This document shows, piece after piece, positions 10,157-20,799 of a stretch of DNA of 64,000 bases. Both the position numbers and the translations under genes were made by a program. The stretch comes from Nostoc sp. (GTDB lineage: Bacteria > Cyanobacteriota > Cyanobacteriia > Cyanobacteriales > Nostocaceae): the NCBI GenBank assembly GCA_036918135.1, contig JBALDB010000002.1, positions 64,001 to 128,000 on the forward strand. The letters run 5' to 3'. Below the pieces are notes generated by a model. The model saw only the letters and a program-made list of their open reading frames with translations. It was not told the DNA's origin and did no database searches. Each line of letters begins with the position of its first letter. The stretch's first letter is position 1.

Positions 10157-10360
10157 AATAACAGTAGGGTAATACACATTTTTATCGCTATAGAAAAATT
10201 TTGGTTACACTATCTATTTTCTAGAATAGAAGCTAATAAATACTATATAGATAAAAGTCTTTCTTACTCACATTTTTCCTAATAACTGCCACTATTACTA
10301 GCAGCCTAATCACTACTTAAGCATTTGTTGAATTAACTATATTCCATACAGGGGACATTC

Positions 10361-10795
10361 ATGAAACAAGTTTTCTTCTGGGGTTGCTGGTTTATTTCAC
10401 TTGGTAGTACTGCGTTACTATTTTTTTGGTCATTGCCTATGTCCCCATTTACACATCCGGGAATTACTGCCAATGAAGCAGTTATTATCTTTTTCCCCGT
10501 TATGGCTATACGTTGGCTGGCTCTTGCTTGTACTCTGTTTCTATTAGTGATTGCTTGGGGGCAATATTTGAACTTAGCGACTGGTTCTATGATTGCCCTG
10601 GTAATTTTGGTGTTAGCCTTACATTTTATTCTTGGAATAATTAATATTGCAATCATGAATGTTTGGCTTTCTGTTGAACCCATTAAGACACGCGCTACTA
10701 GCGCCGTTTACGCAGGCATCTATTTTGGATTGCCAATGTTTTGGCTATTACTCGTAGCACCCTTGATGCTGAAGGTTACTAATTTTCGTAACTAA
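10361..10795 (+). CDS. Hypothetical membrane protein
   Basis: GGGG RBS-like site, ATG start and about four TM segments. Confidence 0.6.
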   Translation: MKQVFFWGCWFISLGSTALLFFWSLPMSPFTHPGITANEAVIIFFPVMAIRWLALACTLFLLVIAWGQYLNLATGSMIALVILVLALHFILGIINIAIMNVWLSVEPIKTRATSAVYAGIYFGLPMFWLLLVAPLMLKVTNFRN

Positions 10796-10812
10796 TATCA
10801 AGTTCGGCTAAT

Positions 10813-10920
10813 TACAGCCGTAGTCACATAGGTTAGGACATAAGGATGGGGTGAAATAAGAGAGTTAGTAATAGTTTTACCTCCTGCCTCCAGCATAGCT
10901 GCCTCCTGCCTCCTGCTATA
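10813..10920 (-). mobile_element. MITE-like element family A, copy 1
   Basis: Reverse complement matches 24431-24523 and 32506-32605; TA-bounded imperfect terminal inverted repeats. Confidence 0.7.
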
Positions 10921-11055
10921 CTTACAATATGGTTGGTCTATTGCCCTAAGTTAGCAAGTCGTGACTTTGCACTTTGTCTTTTGTAATTCCAAATGACCAA
11001 GGACAAGTAACCAAGGACGACGATAACGAAAATTTTCACTTTTTCTGAAGCAAAG

Positions 11056-13116
11056 TTAATTTGCTGCTGTTTGGGCTTCTTGATAAATAATTTCCTGAAA
11101 CTGAATTAAATCTTTTTGCGGGTCGGCGTGGGCAACTTTCACTAATATCTGTTCGCCCAAATTCACAGAACGTTTGAAAAACATTGGTAATTGCAAGCCT
11201 AAATCTTCTAACAAAATTAGGGCTAAGTTGCTGTCTTCCCGCAGCCACATTAATACTGTCACATGCCAAATTTGCTCTGGATGACGGCGCAAATACTCCA
11301 GAGCATAATATCTATTGGTTTGCCGTTCCACCATCGTTACTTCTTGGGTGATGGTGGTGACAGTCATCATCACTTCTTTGAGTTGTTCGGCGGAAAATGG
11401 CAAAACTTCACCCCGTAAGTGGGCTTTAAGTTGAAAGTGAGTCAACAAGTCGCTGTAGCGGCGGATGGGAGAAGTTGCTTGAGTATAGGTATCCAAACCT
11501 AAACCAGCGTGGCGTAAAGGTGTAATGCTCATTTCACTCTTGGGCATACAACGCCGCATGGCACAGGCACGAACAAATCCGGCTGGTAGCTGGAGTAATT
11601 CCTCGTCTGGAGGTAATTCTGGTTTTGGCTGACCGCGAAAGGGCAAAGGTATGTTATGTCTTTGACCATAGCGAGCAGCAACTTCACCAGCAAGAATCAT
11701 CATTTCTGCCACCAGTTGCCGCGAGGGGGAATCATCCAAAATGTCAATATTGATTTCATCGCCTTTGACTTTAATTGCTGCCTCAGGCATATTGATGCTA
11801 ATTGCTCCTTGGGCATAACGCCAAGTTCTACGTCGGACTGCCCAAGTAGCGATCGCTTCAATTTCTGGTTCTGCTTGTACCCCTAATTGCAACATTTCAT
11901 CTACATCTTCGTAGGTGAGGCGATAAGTCGGCTTAATTAAGCTGGTATGAATGCTGTAATCTTCTACTGCCCCAGTTGTACCTAAAACAATTCCAAAACT
12001 GAGGGCGCAACAAACCCGCCCCTGTACCAGACTCATTGGCCCTGTTGCCAATATCTCTGGAAACATGGGAATCATTCCCGTAGGTAAATAGACTGTACTA
12101 CCTCGTTTTCTGGCTTCTAGATCTAATTCATCTTCCGGCACTAACCATCTAGTGGGGTCAGCAATATGTACCCATAGGCGTTCTCGTCCATCGGCGAGGG
12201 CTTCCCAACTCAGACCGTCGTCGATTTCGGTGGTAGTTTCATCATCAATGGTGTACACCTTCAGGTGAGTCAGATCCAGACGGTTTGTATCTGAGTCAAT
12301 CGGCGGGAAATCCAAATGTTGTTGCGCCACTTCTAATACCTTCTGAGGAAACTGAATCGGAATTAAAGAACGACGCAGGAACAAGTTTTCATGAGGACTC
12401 CAGCAACCCAAATCAACTAATAGTTGAAAGGCTCCTTGGGGTGTTGTCGGTCGTCCCAGCATGGTCATAGTTTCTAATACTGGAGCGCTTGGAGGATAGG
12501 CGCGAGCTAGAGAGTCATAATTGACCCCCATCCGCACGGTGTCGGCAAGCAAGGCTGCGTATTTTTCTATTCCTTCTAAGCGCTGGCGGTCGTGGCGCTG
12601 CCACTCTACTGCTTCACCTTTGAGCGCCTGTTCTACACGAGCTAAAAATTCATGCTGTCCCTTAGCTTTGAGTGCCTCTACTTCGAGCTGGTGCTTGCGT
12701 TCTGCAACCTGACCAGGAGTTCGAGCTTCGTAAGCGTCTCCTTTTTGCTTGAAATAAAGTTTGTCGTCTGATAGCAAGCAATAGGCGGCGTAACAATGAG
12801 GCGCAGCTGATTGAGAAAATAGCAGATTTGCCATTTCGTTGGGAGTTACTGTTTCCCCACCTTCAACCAGTAATTCCCAAGCTACTTCTAAGCTAGATGG
12901 ATCTAAATAAGGCTTGACCTGTTCTAAAAAGCTGGTAATTTCCGAGAGCTTGTAGGTTTGTCCGTTAACTGTATAGGTTATTTGTCTAGGCGCGAGGCTG
13001 TGGGATTGACCGCGTTCGTCTACCACAAACCATCGGGTTTTTCCGTCCGGACGTTCTACGATGCCCAGACGGCGATCGCCTTGAACCCTAAATTCAACTA
13101 GCGTCCCCTTCTCCAC
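11056..13116 (-). CDS. Ribonuclease II/R (RNB) family exoribonuclease
   Basis: TIDDETTTEIDDGLS, VHIADP, VAEMMILAG and TSPIRRYSDLL motifs. Confidence 0.93.
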   Translation of the reverse strand: MEKGTLVEFRVQGDRRLGIVERPDGKTRWFVVDERGQSHSLAPRQITYTVNGQTYKLSEITSFLEQVKPYLDPSSLEVAWELLVEGGETVTPNEMANLLFSQSAAPHCYAAYCLLSDDKLYFKQKGDAYEARTPGQVAERKHQLEVEALKAKGQHEFLARVEQALKGEAVEWQRHDRQRLEGIEKYAALLADTVRMGVNYDSLARAYPPSAPVLETMTMLGRPTTPQGAFQLLVDLGCWSPHENLFLRRSLIPIQFPQKVLEVAQQHLDFPPIDSDTNRLDLTHLKVYTIDDETTTEIDDGLSWEALADGRERLWVHIADPTRWLVPEDELDLEARKRGSTVYLPTGMIPMFPEILATGPMSLVQGRVCCALSFGIVLGTTGAVEDYSIHTSLIKPTYRLTYEDVDEMLQLGVQAEPEIEAIATWAVRRRTWRYAQGAISINMPEAAIKVKGDEINIDILDDSPSRQLVAEMMILAGEVAARYGQRHNIPLPFRGQPKPELPPDEELLQLPAGFVRACAMRRCMPKSEMSITPLRHAGLGLDTYTQATSPIRRYSDLLTHFQLKAHLRGEVLPFSAEQLKEVMMTVTTITQEVTMVERQTNRYYALEYLRRHPEQIWHVTVLMWLREDSNLALILLEDLGLQLPMFFKRSVNLGEQILVKVAHADPQKDLIQFQEIIYQEAQTAAN

Positions 13117-13418
13117 AACTCTCGCACTCTAGTAATTTTAGATTTTGAATTTTGGATTTCATACCTATTATGTATAAGTTCTAAAATCCAAAGGTTTTTT
13201 ATGCAGCAATCTATTTTATATTATCTATTTCAGATTTGAGATTTTTGACTCACATCAAACTGAGCTAAATATTTCTTTAGATACAGCTTGTGTTGCTTGA
13301 CAATTCGTTTGGGAAAGTTCTGTATCCTGCACTATAGCAAAGCTAGATGCTCATAAACACAGCAAATTGCTACTCTATCGCCAGAAACTTATTCCCAAAT
13401 CTCAAATCCAAAATTGTT

Positions 13419-13634
13419 TTAGCCTTCGGCGTTGATGAATGGCAACAAAGCCACAATCCGCGATCGCTTAATTGCTAATGTCAACTCTCGCTGTTGCTGA
13501 GACGTAAGCCCTGTAATCCGCCGTGGCAGTATCTTGCCCCGCTCGGTGATAAACTTACGCAACAAGTCAACATCTTTATAATCTATTGGTTCTCCTGGCT
13601 TAATTGGAGAAAGGCGACGACGGAAATAGCTCAT
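13419..13634 (-). CDS. rpsR: 30S ribosomal protein S18
   Basis: [26 protein letters not shown]. Confidence 0.98.
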   Translation of the reverse strand: MSYFRRRLSPIKPGEPIDYKDVDLLRKFITERGKILPRRITGLTSQQQRELTLAIKRSRIVALLPFINAEG

Positions 13635-13636
13635 CT

Positions 13637-13831
13637 CTATTTAATTTCCTTGTGAACGGTATGTTTATTACAGTGGGTGCAGAACTTTTTCAGTTCTAGC
13701 CTGTTAGTGGTGTTGCGGCGATTCTTTGTACTGGTATAACGTGAGACACCAGGAGAACGCTTTTCTGGATTTGTCCGACACTCGGTACACTCTAATGTCA
13801 CAATTATGCGGACACCTTTACTCTTAGCCAT
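13637..13831 (-). CDS. rpmG: 50S ribosomal protein L33
   Basis: LECTEC...[19 protein letters not shown]; adjacent to rpsR. Confidence 0.98.
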   Translation of the reverse strand: MAKSKGVRIIVTLECTECRTNPEKRSPGVSRYTSTKNRRNTTNRLELKKFCTHCNKHTVHKEIK

Positions 13832-13874
13832 AATCTTACAAACACTAAAGCCTGAAGAGAATTAACACAAATGA

Positions 13875-14432
13875 CTATCTTCTCACATTCCGCCGCATAT
13901 TTTCAACTAATTTTTTGATTTTGATATCCAGCGAGTAGCCACGACGCGAAGAAACTATAAAAGTTCCACAGTAGCGATCGTGTAAAGCCTGCCGCATCTG
14001 GGTATCATAGAAGGCAGTCCCGCAATCAATTGCTAGGGGAATTACTAGCAGTATAGCAGTAGGATTGGCTCTAATATTGCTCAGAGCAATTGACACTAAT
14101 AAAGCACCCAAGCCGATAATCGCCTCTCGCTTCATTAGTGAGAGCAAATCTGGAATTCTGCTCACTATTTCCCCATCTTCGACTGACAACACCTTTAAAT
14201 CGAACGCCCAACGCCCTAAACTTTGCCCTCGGTTGTTGTATACCACCAGCACCCGCAAAACCAGCCAAAGTATTACAAAAACTAAGATTTCAACAAATTG
14301 AATACCGATATTGCTGCCTCCCAGTAGGGAACTGATTAACCACACACCAAAAAAATCAAGTCCCAATGCCATACCTCGCCGCTCAATCTCAGCCTTGGGA
14401 TAGTGTTTTTGGGGAACTCGTTCGATTGTCAT
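13875..14432 (-). CDS. RDD family membrane protein
   Basis: RRGMALGLD, GQSLGRW and ALHDRYCGT motifs. Confidence 0.85.
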   Translation of the reverse strand: MTIERVPQKHYPKAEIERRGMALGLDFFGVWLISSLLGGSNIGIQFVEILVFVILWLVLRVLVVYNNRGQSLGRWAFDLKVLSVEDGEIVSRIPDLLSLMKREAIIGLGALLVSIALSNIRANPTAILLVIPLAIDCGTAFYDTQMRQALHDRYCGTFIVSSRRGYSLDIKIKKLVENMRRNVRR

Positions 14433-14725
14433 ACAAAACAACTATTTTTATTTAGGGGTTAGGAAATAGCGATCGCTCCTGTTTTTAATATTAAGGTGAT
14501 GACTTGGTCACTTGCTGCGCTATAAAAGAACAAAAATTTGTGCAACTAACAACTGCGTAACTCAAAAATCGGATGAAGTTCATATAGCAATTTTTATACT
14601 GTACTGATACATAGTAAACATCTCACAGAGTAACCGTTACACCTCATGGATGCAATACACAGTAGGATTGTACATCTGTATTATATTGTTGTAGAAACTT
14701 AATTGTAGTTAATTTCGGGGTTGCA

Positions 14726-15355
14726 TTGATGACATATCTATTTACTAGAACAGCTATTAGTATGGTGATGACTACTGCTTTAGCGTTAGCGATCGCCATA
14801 ACCACCAATAACCTAGCTCATGCTGCTGAGTTCAACTTTAACTGGAAAGGAGACACAGGTTATTCAGCGAAAGGTTCATTTAACTACGATACAACAACTG
14901 CTCCTGGCGTAATTTCTGAAACAGGCTCAGGAGCTACGAAGTACTTGCAATCTTTCTCAATTTCCTTTTTTGATCCTTTGAGTAATCTCATAAATACTTT
15001 CACTCCAGTGGTTAGTGGTTCATCTAACTACAGTTACTTGAGATTCAACTTTGATAGCACTAAAGAGCAAATCTTTGGCCCATTTGATGTTGGCAAGGAT
15101 AATATGCTTCTTGGTGACACCTGGCTTAATAATAATCTGGCACTCATAGATGAAGGTTTTAGCAATCAGGTTCTACCTGAAGACTTTCATTTGATCGGTA
15201 GAAATGCAGCAGGCGCAGAGCAAATACTAGATTTAAGTAACAATTCGGTTCAGGTATCCAAAGTCCCCGAAGGAAGCATAATTATCGGTTTACTAGCAGT
15301 GTGTAGTCTGGGATTTACCGCTTATAGAAATCTAAACAAAGCTACCCAACAGTAG
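14726..15355 (+). CDS. PEP-CTERM-like exported protein
   Basis: Signal peptide ending AHA-A; C-terminal VPEGS followed by a hydrophobic helix and basic residues. Confidence 0.75.
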   Translation: MMTYLFTRTAISMVMTTALALAIAITTNNLAHAAEFNFNWKGDTGYSAKGSFNYDTTTAPGVISETGSGATKYLQSFSISFFDPLSNLINTFTPVVSGSSNYSYLRFNFDSTKEQIFGPFDVGKDNMLLGDTWLNNNLALIDEGFSNQVLPEDFHLIGRNAAGAEQILDLSNNSVQVSKVPEGSIIIGLLAVCSLGFTAYRNLNKATQQ

Positions 15356-15403
15356 ACTCAGTGTTAGTTTACAGGAATAAAAGAAAAGTTGGAGGCGATC
15401 GCT

Positions 15404-16681
15404 ATGTTATCAGTCAGCGATGCACAAGCAATTATTTTAAATTTGGTGCAGCCGTTGGATAACCAGCGGGATACAGAAGTTGTAGATTTATTCACAGCAG
15501 ATAGTCGCATTTTGGCAACACCTGTCACCAGTCCGCTAGATTTTCCCCATTGGGATAATTCGGCAATGGATGGCTACGCAGTTCGCTACGAAGATGTACA
15601 GCACTCTAGCACCGAACAACCAGCTATTTTAGAAATTGTTGAGGAGATTCCGGCTGGGTATCAGCCCAAGTCTACGATTCAACCAAGCCAAGCCGCACGA
15701 ATTTTCACGGGTGCAGCGATTCCAGCAGGTGCGGATACTGTAGTTATGCAAGAGAAGACACGGCGCGAGGAAAACCGCGTATTTATCCTGGATGCGCCAA
15801 AACCCCAAGAATTTGTCAGACACAAAGCATCTTTTTATCAAGCTGGAACACAATTACTACCAGCAGGTATTAAGTTAAATACCTCAGAAATTGCTGTGTT
15901 AGCAGCAGCACAGTGTTCGCAATTAAATGTTTATCGCCGTCCGCGTGTAGCAATTTTTTCTACTGGTGACGAGTTGGTAACAGTTAATCAAGCACTGCAA
16001 CCAGGGCAAATTGTCGATTCTAATCAGTATGCGCTAGCAGCTTTAGTAAGAGAAAGTGGGGCAGAACCATTACTATTAGGCATTGTCAAAGATGAACCAG
16101 TTGCTCTGGAAAAAGTCATTACCCATGCTGCTGCGATCGCTGATATAGTTCTATCTTCTGGTGGGGTTTCGGTGGGAGATTATGACTATGTTGACAAAAT
16201 TCTTGAATCACTCAAAGCCCAAATCCACATTCAGGCTGTAGATATCAGGCCAGGTAAACCCCTCACCGTTGCCACACTCCCTGCTCCCCAATCAGTAAAA
16301 GATGCGATGAATCGCGTCTCTAGTTACTCTCCCGTCTACTTTGGTTTACCAGGAAATCCGGCATCTGTATTGGTAACTTTTTGGCGGTTTGTACTACCAG
16401 CCATCAAAAAACTTTCTGGAATTACACAAGGTTGGGAACCAGCATTTTTGAAAGTGCGATCGCATGATGAATTGCGATCCGATGGCAAGCGTGAAACTTA
16501 CCTTTGGGGTAAATTGCATTTAATTGATGGAGTTTATGAATTTCACAAAGCTGGTGGTAGTCACAGTTCTGCTAATTTAATTAATTTAGCTCAAACTAAT
16601 GCCTTGGCTGTTCTCCCGCCAGGGAAAGCATTAATTTCTCCCCAAGAAGAGGTACAAGTTTTGCAGTTGATTATACCTTAA
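15404..16681 (+). CDS. moeA: Molybdopterin molybdotransferase MoeA
   Basis: SAMDGYA, STGDEL, SGGVSVGDYD, PGKP and GLPGNP motifs. Confidence 0.95.
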   Translation: MLSVSDAQAIILNLVQPLDNQRDTEVVDLFTADSRILATPVTSPLDFPHWDNSAMDGYAVRYEDVQHSSTEQPAILEIVEEIPAGYQPKSTIQPSQAARIFTGAAIPAGADTVVMQEKTRREENRVFILDAPKPQEFVRHKASFYQAGTQLLPAGIKLNTSEIAVLAAAQCSQLNVYRRPRVAIFSTGDELVTVNQALQPGQIVDSNQYALAALVRESGAEPLLLGIVKDEPVALEKVITHAAAIADIVLSSGGVSVGDYDYVDKILESLKAQIHIQAVDIRPGKPLTVATLPAPQSVKDAMNRVSSYSPVYFGLPGNPASVLVTFWRFVLPAIKKLSGITQGWEPAFLKVRSHDELRSDGKRETYLWGKLHLIDGVYEFHKAGGSHSSANLINLAQTNALAVLPPGKALISPQEEVQVLQLIIP

Positions 16682-16832
16682 AATCACGTGATTTCCATAG
16701 CCTCTACTTGAGAACATCCTCTACAAAGGGCAGAGTTATTTTTAACAAAAATTAGAATTGTCCAATGCTCAAACAAAGGAAAATTTTGCCACAGTAGAAG
16801 TAAAGCTTTTTATTTCACTTGGGTGCAATTAA

Positions 16833-18596
16833 ATGACTCAAATATTTGAACTTCCCACCGATAAAGATTATTATACGCGTGTTGCTAAACTTGCAGATGT
16901 TCAAGCAGCAGGCAGTTTGTTAGTCCGCAAGGAAAAACATACTATTGTTTTGTTTTACTCAGACAATAGAGTCTATGCAATTGACAACCGTTGTCCACAC
17001 ATGGGCTTTCCCCTACAAGGTAGCACTTGCAAAGATGGTATTGTTACCTGCCCTTGGCATTATGCGCGCTTCGATCTTGCTAGTGGTGGCACTTTCGACT
17101 CTTGGGCAGATGATGTTCCTTCTTTTCCCCTAGAAATCCGCGATGGTGAAATTTGGGTAAATTTAGCACCTCCAGTTAATCTTCATCTCCACCAACGCGA
17201 ACGTCTCCAAGATGGTTTAGAGCAGAATATTTCCTTAGTGATTGCTAAATCAACGATCGCACTTTTAGATCTAGGAGTAAATCCGGCTCAACCATTTCAA
17301 ATCGGGTTAGAATTTGGTACTCGTTACAACAAAGCAGGTTGGAGTGCGGGTTTAACTATCCACACCTGCATGATGAATCTCGTACCTTATCTAGATGCAG
17401 AAGATAAACCCCGTGCTTTATTTCAAGGACTCTCGGCAGTAGCTAATGATAGCGCGGGTGCGCCGCCTCTGTTTGCCGTTCACCCGTTACCCAACTCTAA
17501 AGTTGATTTCCCGACTCTTAAAAGCTGGTTTCGCCAGTTTATTGAGGTACGGGATGGTGAAGCCGCTCAAAGATGCTTGGTATCGGCGATTCGTTCAGGA
17601 GCTAATTCCAAGCAAGTTGCAGATATGCTGTTTTGTGCTGCTACAGACCATCGCTATCTTGATGTTGGGCATACGGTTGATTTTATCAACAAAGCATTGG
17701 AAGCCCTTGACGCTGTGAATTGGCAAGCAGCAGAATCTATTCTCGCTAGCTTAGTTTCGAGTTTAGCCGATGCATCGCGTATGGAAGAATCTAATTCCTG
17801 GCGCTACCCTGTAGATTTGGTAGCAATTTTAGAGTCAGCTTTTGAGCAATTACCCACCGTATTAAGTGCGGGGAAATCTCGACAAGGAACTTGGTCAAAC
17901 AGAGATGAATTAGTACCAATTTTATTAGGTGAAGACCCACAAGCGATCGCCGACTCGCTACTGAATGCACTGGAAGCAGGTTGTACTGAAGAACAATTAG
18001 CTGGTGTAGTTACTTATACGGCAGCCCTGCGCGTCGCTCGTTTCCATACCAACAATGACTTTGGAGATTGGAATTCCGCACATCATCCATTTACTTTTGC
18101 TAACGCCGTGCATCAAGGGTTACGACGAGTACCAACAGTCGAACTACTAAAAGGTGTATTTGATGCGGCGATGAGTGTCTATTTAAATCGTTTTTTGAAT
18201 GTACCACCAGCACGGCTTCCAGAACCCAAAGACTCCATTGAAAATCCCGAAGAATTACTCCAGCAGCTACCCGATTTATTAAATCGTCAGCAACAAGTAA
18301 ACCAGACAGGGCAATTAGTGGCTAATTATTTATATAGCGGTGGTGATGCTAAAAGACTGATGGCGATGCTAGGAAAAATGATGCTACGAGAAAACCGTGA
18401 TTTTCATGTAATTCAAGAAATAGAAGCAGCTTTTCGTCAGTACTCCTTGCTAGGTAATAGTCCGGCTGGTATTCATGTATTAGTTGCTGCTTCTCGGTAT
18501 TTAGCAGCCCATTCTCCCACAATGCGATCGCAAGGACAAACTTATCAAATCGCTTATCGATTACATCAGGGCGATCGATTATTTGAAGAATCTTGA
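16833..18596 (+). CDS. Rieske [2Fe-2S] domain protein with large helical C-terminal region
   Basis: NRCPHMG...TCPWH Rieske ligands at the N-terminus. Confidence 0.85.
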   Translation: MTQIFELPTDKDYYTRVAKLADVQAAGSLLVRKEKHTIVLFYSDNRVYAIDNRCPHMGFPLQGSTCKDGIVTCPWHYARFDLASGGTFDSWADDVPSFPLEIRDGEIWVNLAPPVNLHLHQRERLQDGLEQNISLVIAKSTIALLDLGVNPAQPFQIGLEFGTRYNKAGWSAGLTIHTCMMNLVPYLDAEDKPRALFQGLSAVANDSAGAPPLFAVHPLPNSKVDFPTLKSWFRQFIEVRDGEAAQRCLVSAIRSGANSKQVADMLFCAATDHRYLDVGHTVDFINKALEALDAVNWQAAESILASLVSSLADASRMEESNSWRYPVDLVAILESAFEQLPTVLSAGKSRQGTWSNRDELVPILLGEDPQAIADSLLNALEAGCTEEQLAGVVTYTAALRVARFHTNNDFGDWNSAHHPFTFANAVHQGLRRVPTVELLKGVFDAAMSVYLNRFLNVPPARLPEPKDSIENPEELLQQLPDLLNRQQQVNQTGQLVANYLYSGGDAKRLMAMLGKMMLRENRDFHVIQEIEAAFRQYSLLGNSPAGIHVLVAASRYLAAHSPTMRSQGQTYQIAYRLHQGDRLFEES

Positions 18597-18617
18597 CATC
18601 ACACCCCATGCCCAATA

Positions 18618-19850
18618 TTAAAATATCTGCTCAAAAGCTTCAATCAACCTGTTAACTTCCTCAAGGGTGTTGTAATGCACCATACTCACCCTGACTATTC
18701 CCCCTTGGGATGCTAAGCCTAAATATTCAATTAACCGTTTAGCATAAAAGTCTCCGTAGCGAATTCCAATATAGTGTTGGTCAATTTTTGGCGGAATTGT
18801 TGAGCTATGCATTCCATCTACAACAAAAGATATAGTTGGTACACGGGATTTGCGGTCAGCTTTTGATTGACCAATGATTCTGACATTAGACTTGCTGTTG
18901 AGGTAATTTAGTAGGCGATCGCTAATTTTCTCTTCGTGGATGCTAATTAAATCAAATGCCTGCACCATCTGATTTCTCAAATCAGGCGCGGTTTGATTAT
19001 CGTAGTGCAGTTGTGCTAATTCACTCAGATAATCACATAAACCCAACATTCCATAACTTAATTCAAAATTGACATTTCCTAACTGGAACTTATAAGGGAT
19101 ATCTGTTTGAGCAATAAAATAATGGTTTAATCCAGGCAATCTTAATAAATGTTCTTCTTTACCATAAAGTAAAGCATGATGTGGCCCATAAGCTTTATAA
19201 AAACTCAAACCATAAAAATCAACATCTAAATCTTGGACATCAATCAATCTGTGTGGTGCATAAGCGACGCCATCGACACAAATCATAGCACCGCGATCGC
19301 GCACAAATGCCGCAATTTTTTTAATCGGGTTAATAGTTCCCAAAATATTAGAAGCATGAGTCAAGGCTACTAGTTTTGTCCGCTGATTCATCAATGGTTC
19401 TAAATCTGCTAAATCAAGTTCCAAGGTGTCTGGGCGAATTTGCCACACTTTAACTTTCATTCCTTGTTTTTCCAGAGCAACCCAAGCACCAATATTTGCC
19501 TCATGGTCACAATTAGTAACAATAATTTCATCACCAGGTGTGAAGGTTTGACCCAAACAAATTGAGAGAACTTTTAACATCATTGTAGTAGATGGCCCCA
19601 TCACTACTTCTGTGGGAGAATTGGCATTAATAAAAGTGGCCATTCCTCTAGTTGCTAAAGCTAATCGTTCTCCGGCAAGTTGGGAAACGCCGTAAGATGC
19701 TCCTAATTGCACATCAGAAGTTAAAAGGAATTCGCTAATTCTATCTACTACTTTTTTTAGAGTTTGTGACCCGCCAGCATTATCAAAAAAAGTCCATTTA
19801 CCAGCTAAAGCGGGAAAATATTGACGAACTTTATCAAGATTCAGGAGCAT
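18618..19850 (-). CDS. Cysteine desulfurase-like class V PLP enzyme
   Basis: FDNAGGSQ, DHEAN, HASNILG, SFYKAYGPH (PLP Lys) and RVSMVHYN. Confidence 0.88.
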   Translation of the reverse strand: MLLNLDKVRQYFPALAGKWTFFDNAGGSQTLKKVVDRISEFLLTSDVQLGASYGVSQLAGERLALATRGMATFINANSPTEVVMGPSTTMMLKVLSICLGQTFTPGDEIIVTNCDHEANIGAWVALEKQGMKVKVWQIRPDTLELDLADLEPLMNQRTKLVALTHASNILGTINPIKKIAAFVRDRGAMICVDGVAYAPHRLIDVQDLDVDFYGLSFYKAYGPHHALLYGKEEHLLRLPGLNHYFIAQTDIPYKFQLGNVNFELSYGMLGLCDYLSELAQLHYDNQTAPDLRNQMVQAFDLISIHEEKISDRLLNYLNSKSNVRIIGQSKADRKSRVPTISFVVDGMHSSTIPPKIDQHYIGIRYGDFYAKRLIEYLGLASQGGIVRVSMVHYNTLEEVNRLIEAFEQIF

Positions 19851-20559
19851 GGTATAAATCCTCTAGAGAATGTTCTTAACCCTAGCCTAACTTTTGGCAA
19901 GTTGCCCAGAAAGCGTCTGCATTGTTTTTTATTTTCAGTTTGTCATCCCAGCCTTTCTACTCCTAAAGAATCTCTGTGCGAATGTGCCGACTTTTAAAAA
20001 ACATTTTTTTATTTACATCCATTGGAAATCCGATCCTGGGATATTTTTCTCACTTTCAGCAGAGAAAAATCAAAAACCCAGATTTTTGAAATACTTTTAT
20101 GAATTTAGGTTGAGGTAGCCTTGCACCCTTGCAGTTTCTTGACTCCTTCAGTGGCGTTTGATAAACCGAACTCAACTCTAAAGTAGGAGTATACAGCTTT
20201 ATTTAGACAAACATACCCAGATTTACTCAAATTAAACCATTTTTTAGTTATTACTGCTCAAAGCGACCTTTAACACCGCTAAGCTAACACCACACCACTA
20301 ATTTTTTCTATTCCACCTAATTCCCCACCGCTATGGTGTTTCATTTATCTAATCCAGTAATGAATTTTAAAAATTTTATACTACAACACTGTGAATTAAG
20401 GTAATCTTTTTAAATAGCAGCTCATCTATCTTAAATTTGACAATAGAATGAGTTTGCCTACTTTAAGATTCTATCTACTTACCGTTCCTGGCTTAGTTAC
20501 TAAATTGTATTGTTTTCGGTGTATTGTCTAATAAAATTTACAGGGTGTATTTATCTATA

Positions 20560-20676
20560 TACAGCAGTTTTCGTTTGGATGAAGTACAAAGTCACTGGTT
20601 TTGAGGCAGGAGGCAGAAGAATAATTTAATTTTTGAGTCCTTGGTTTTGTACCTCACTTTATTGCAAACTGCTGTA
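20560..20676. mobile_element. MITE-like element with long terminal inverted repeats
   Basis: TACAGCAGTTTTCGTTTGGATGAAGTACAAA ... TTTGTACCTCACTTTATTGCAAACTGCTGTA; TA termini. Confidence 0.7.
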
Positions 20677-20799
20677 TCTAATTAATCGCTTATTCTAGAA
20701 TAAAAATCTCGATTTACAACAGTTTACTTGCCTGATTTTTGCTAGCTAATGCTAGTTTCTCTTGATATCAACAAGATTATTAGAATAGATTAATTAACT

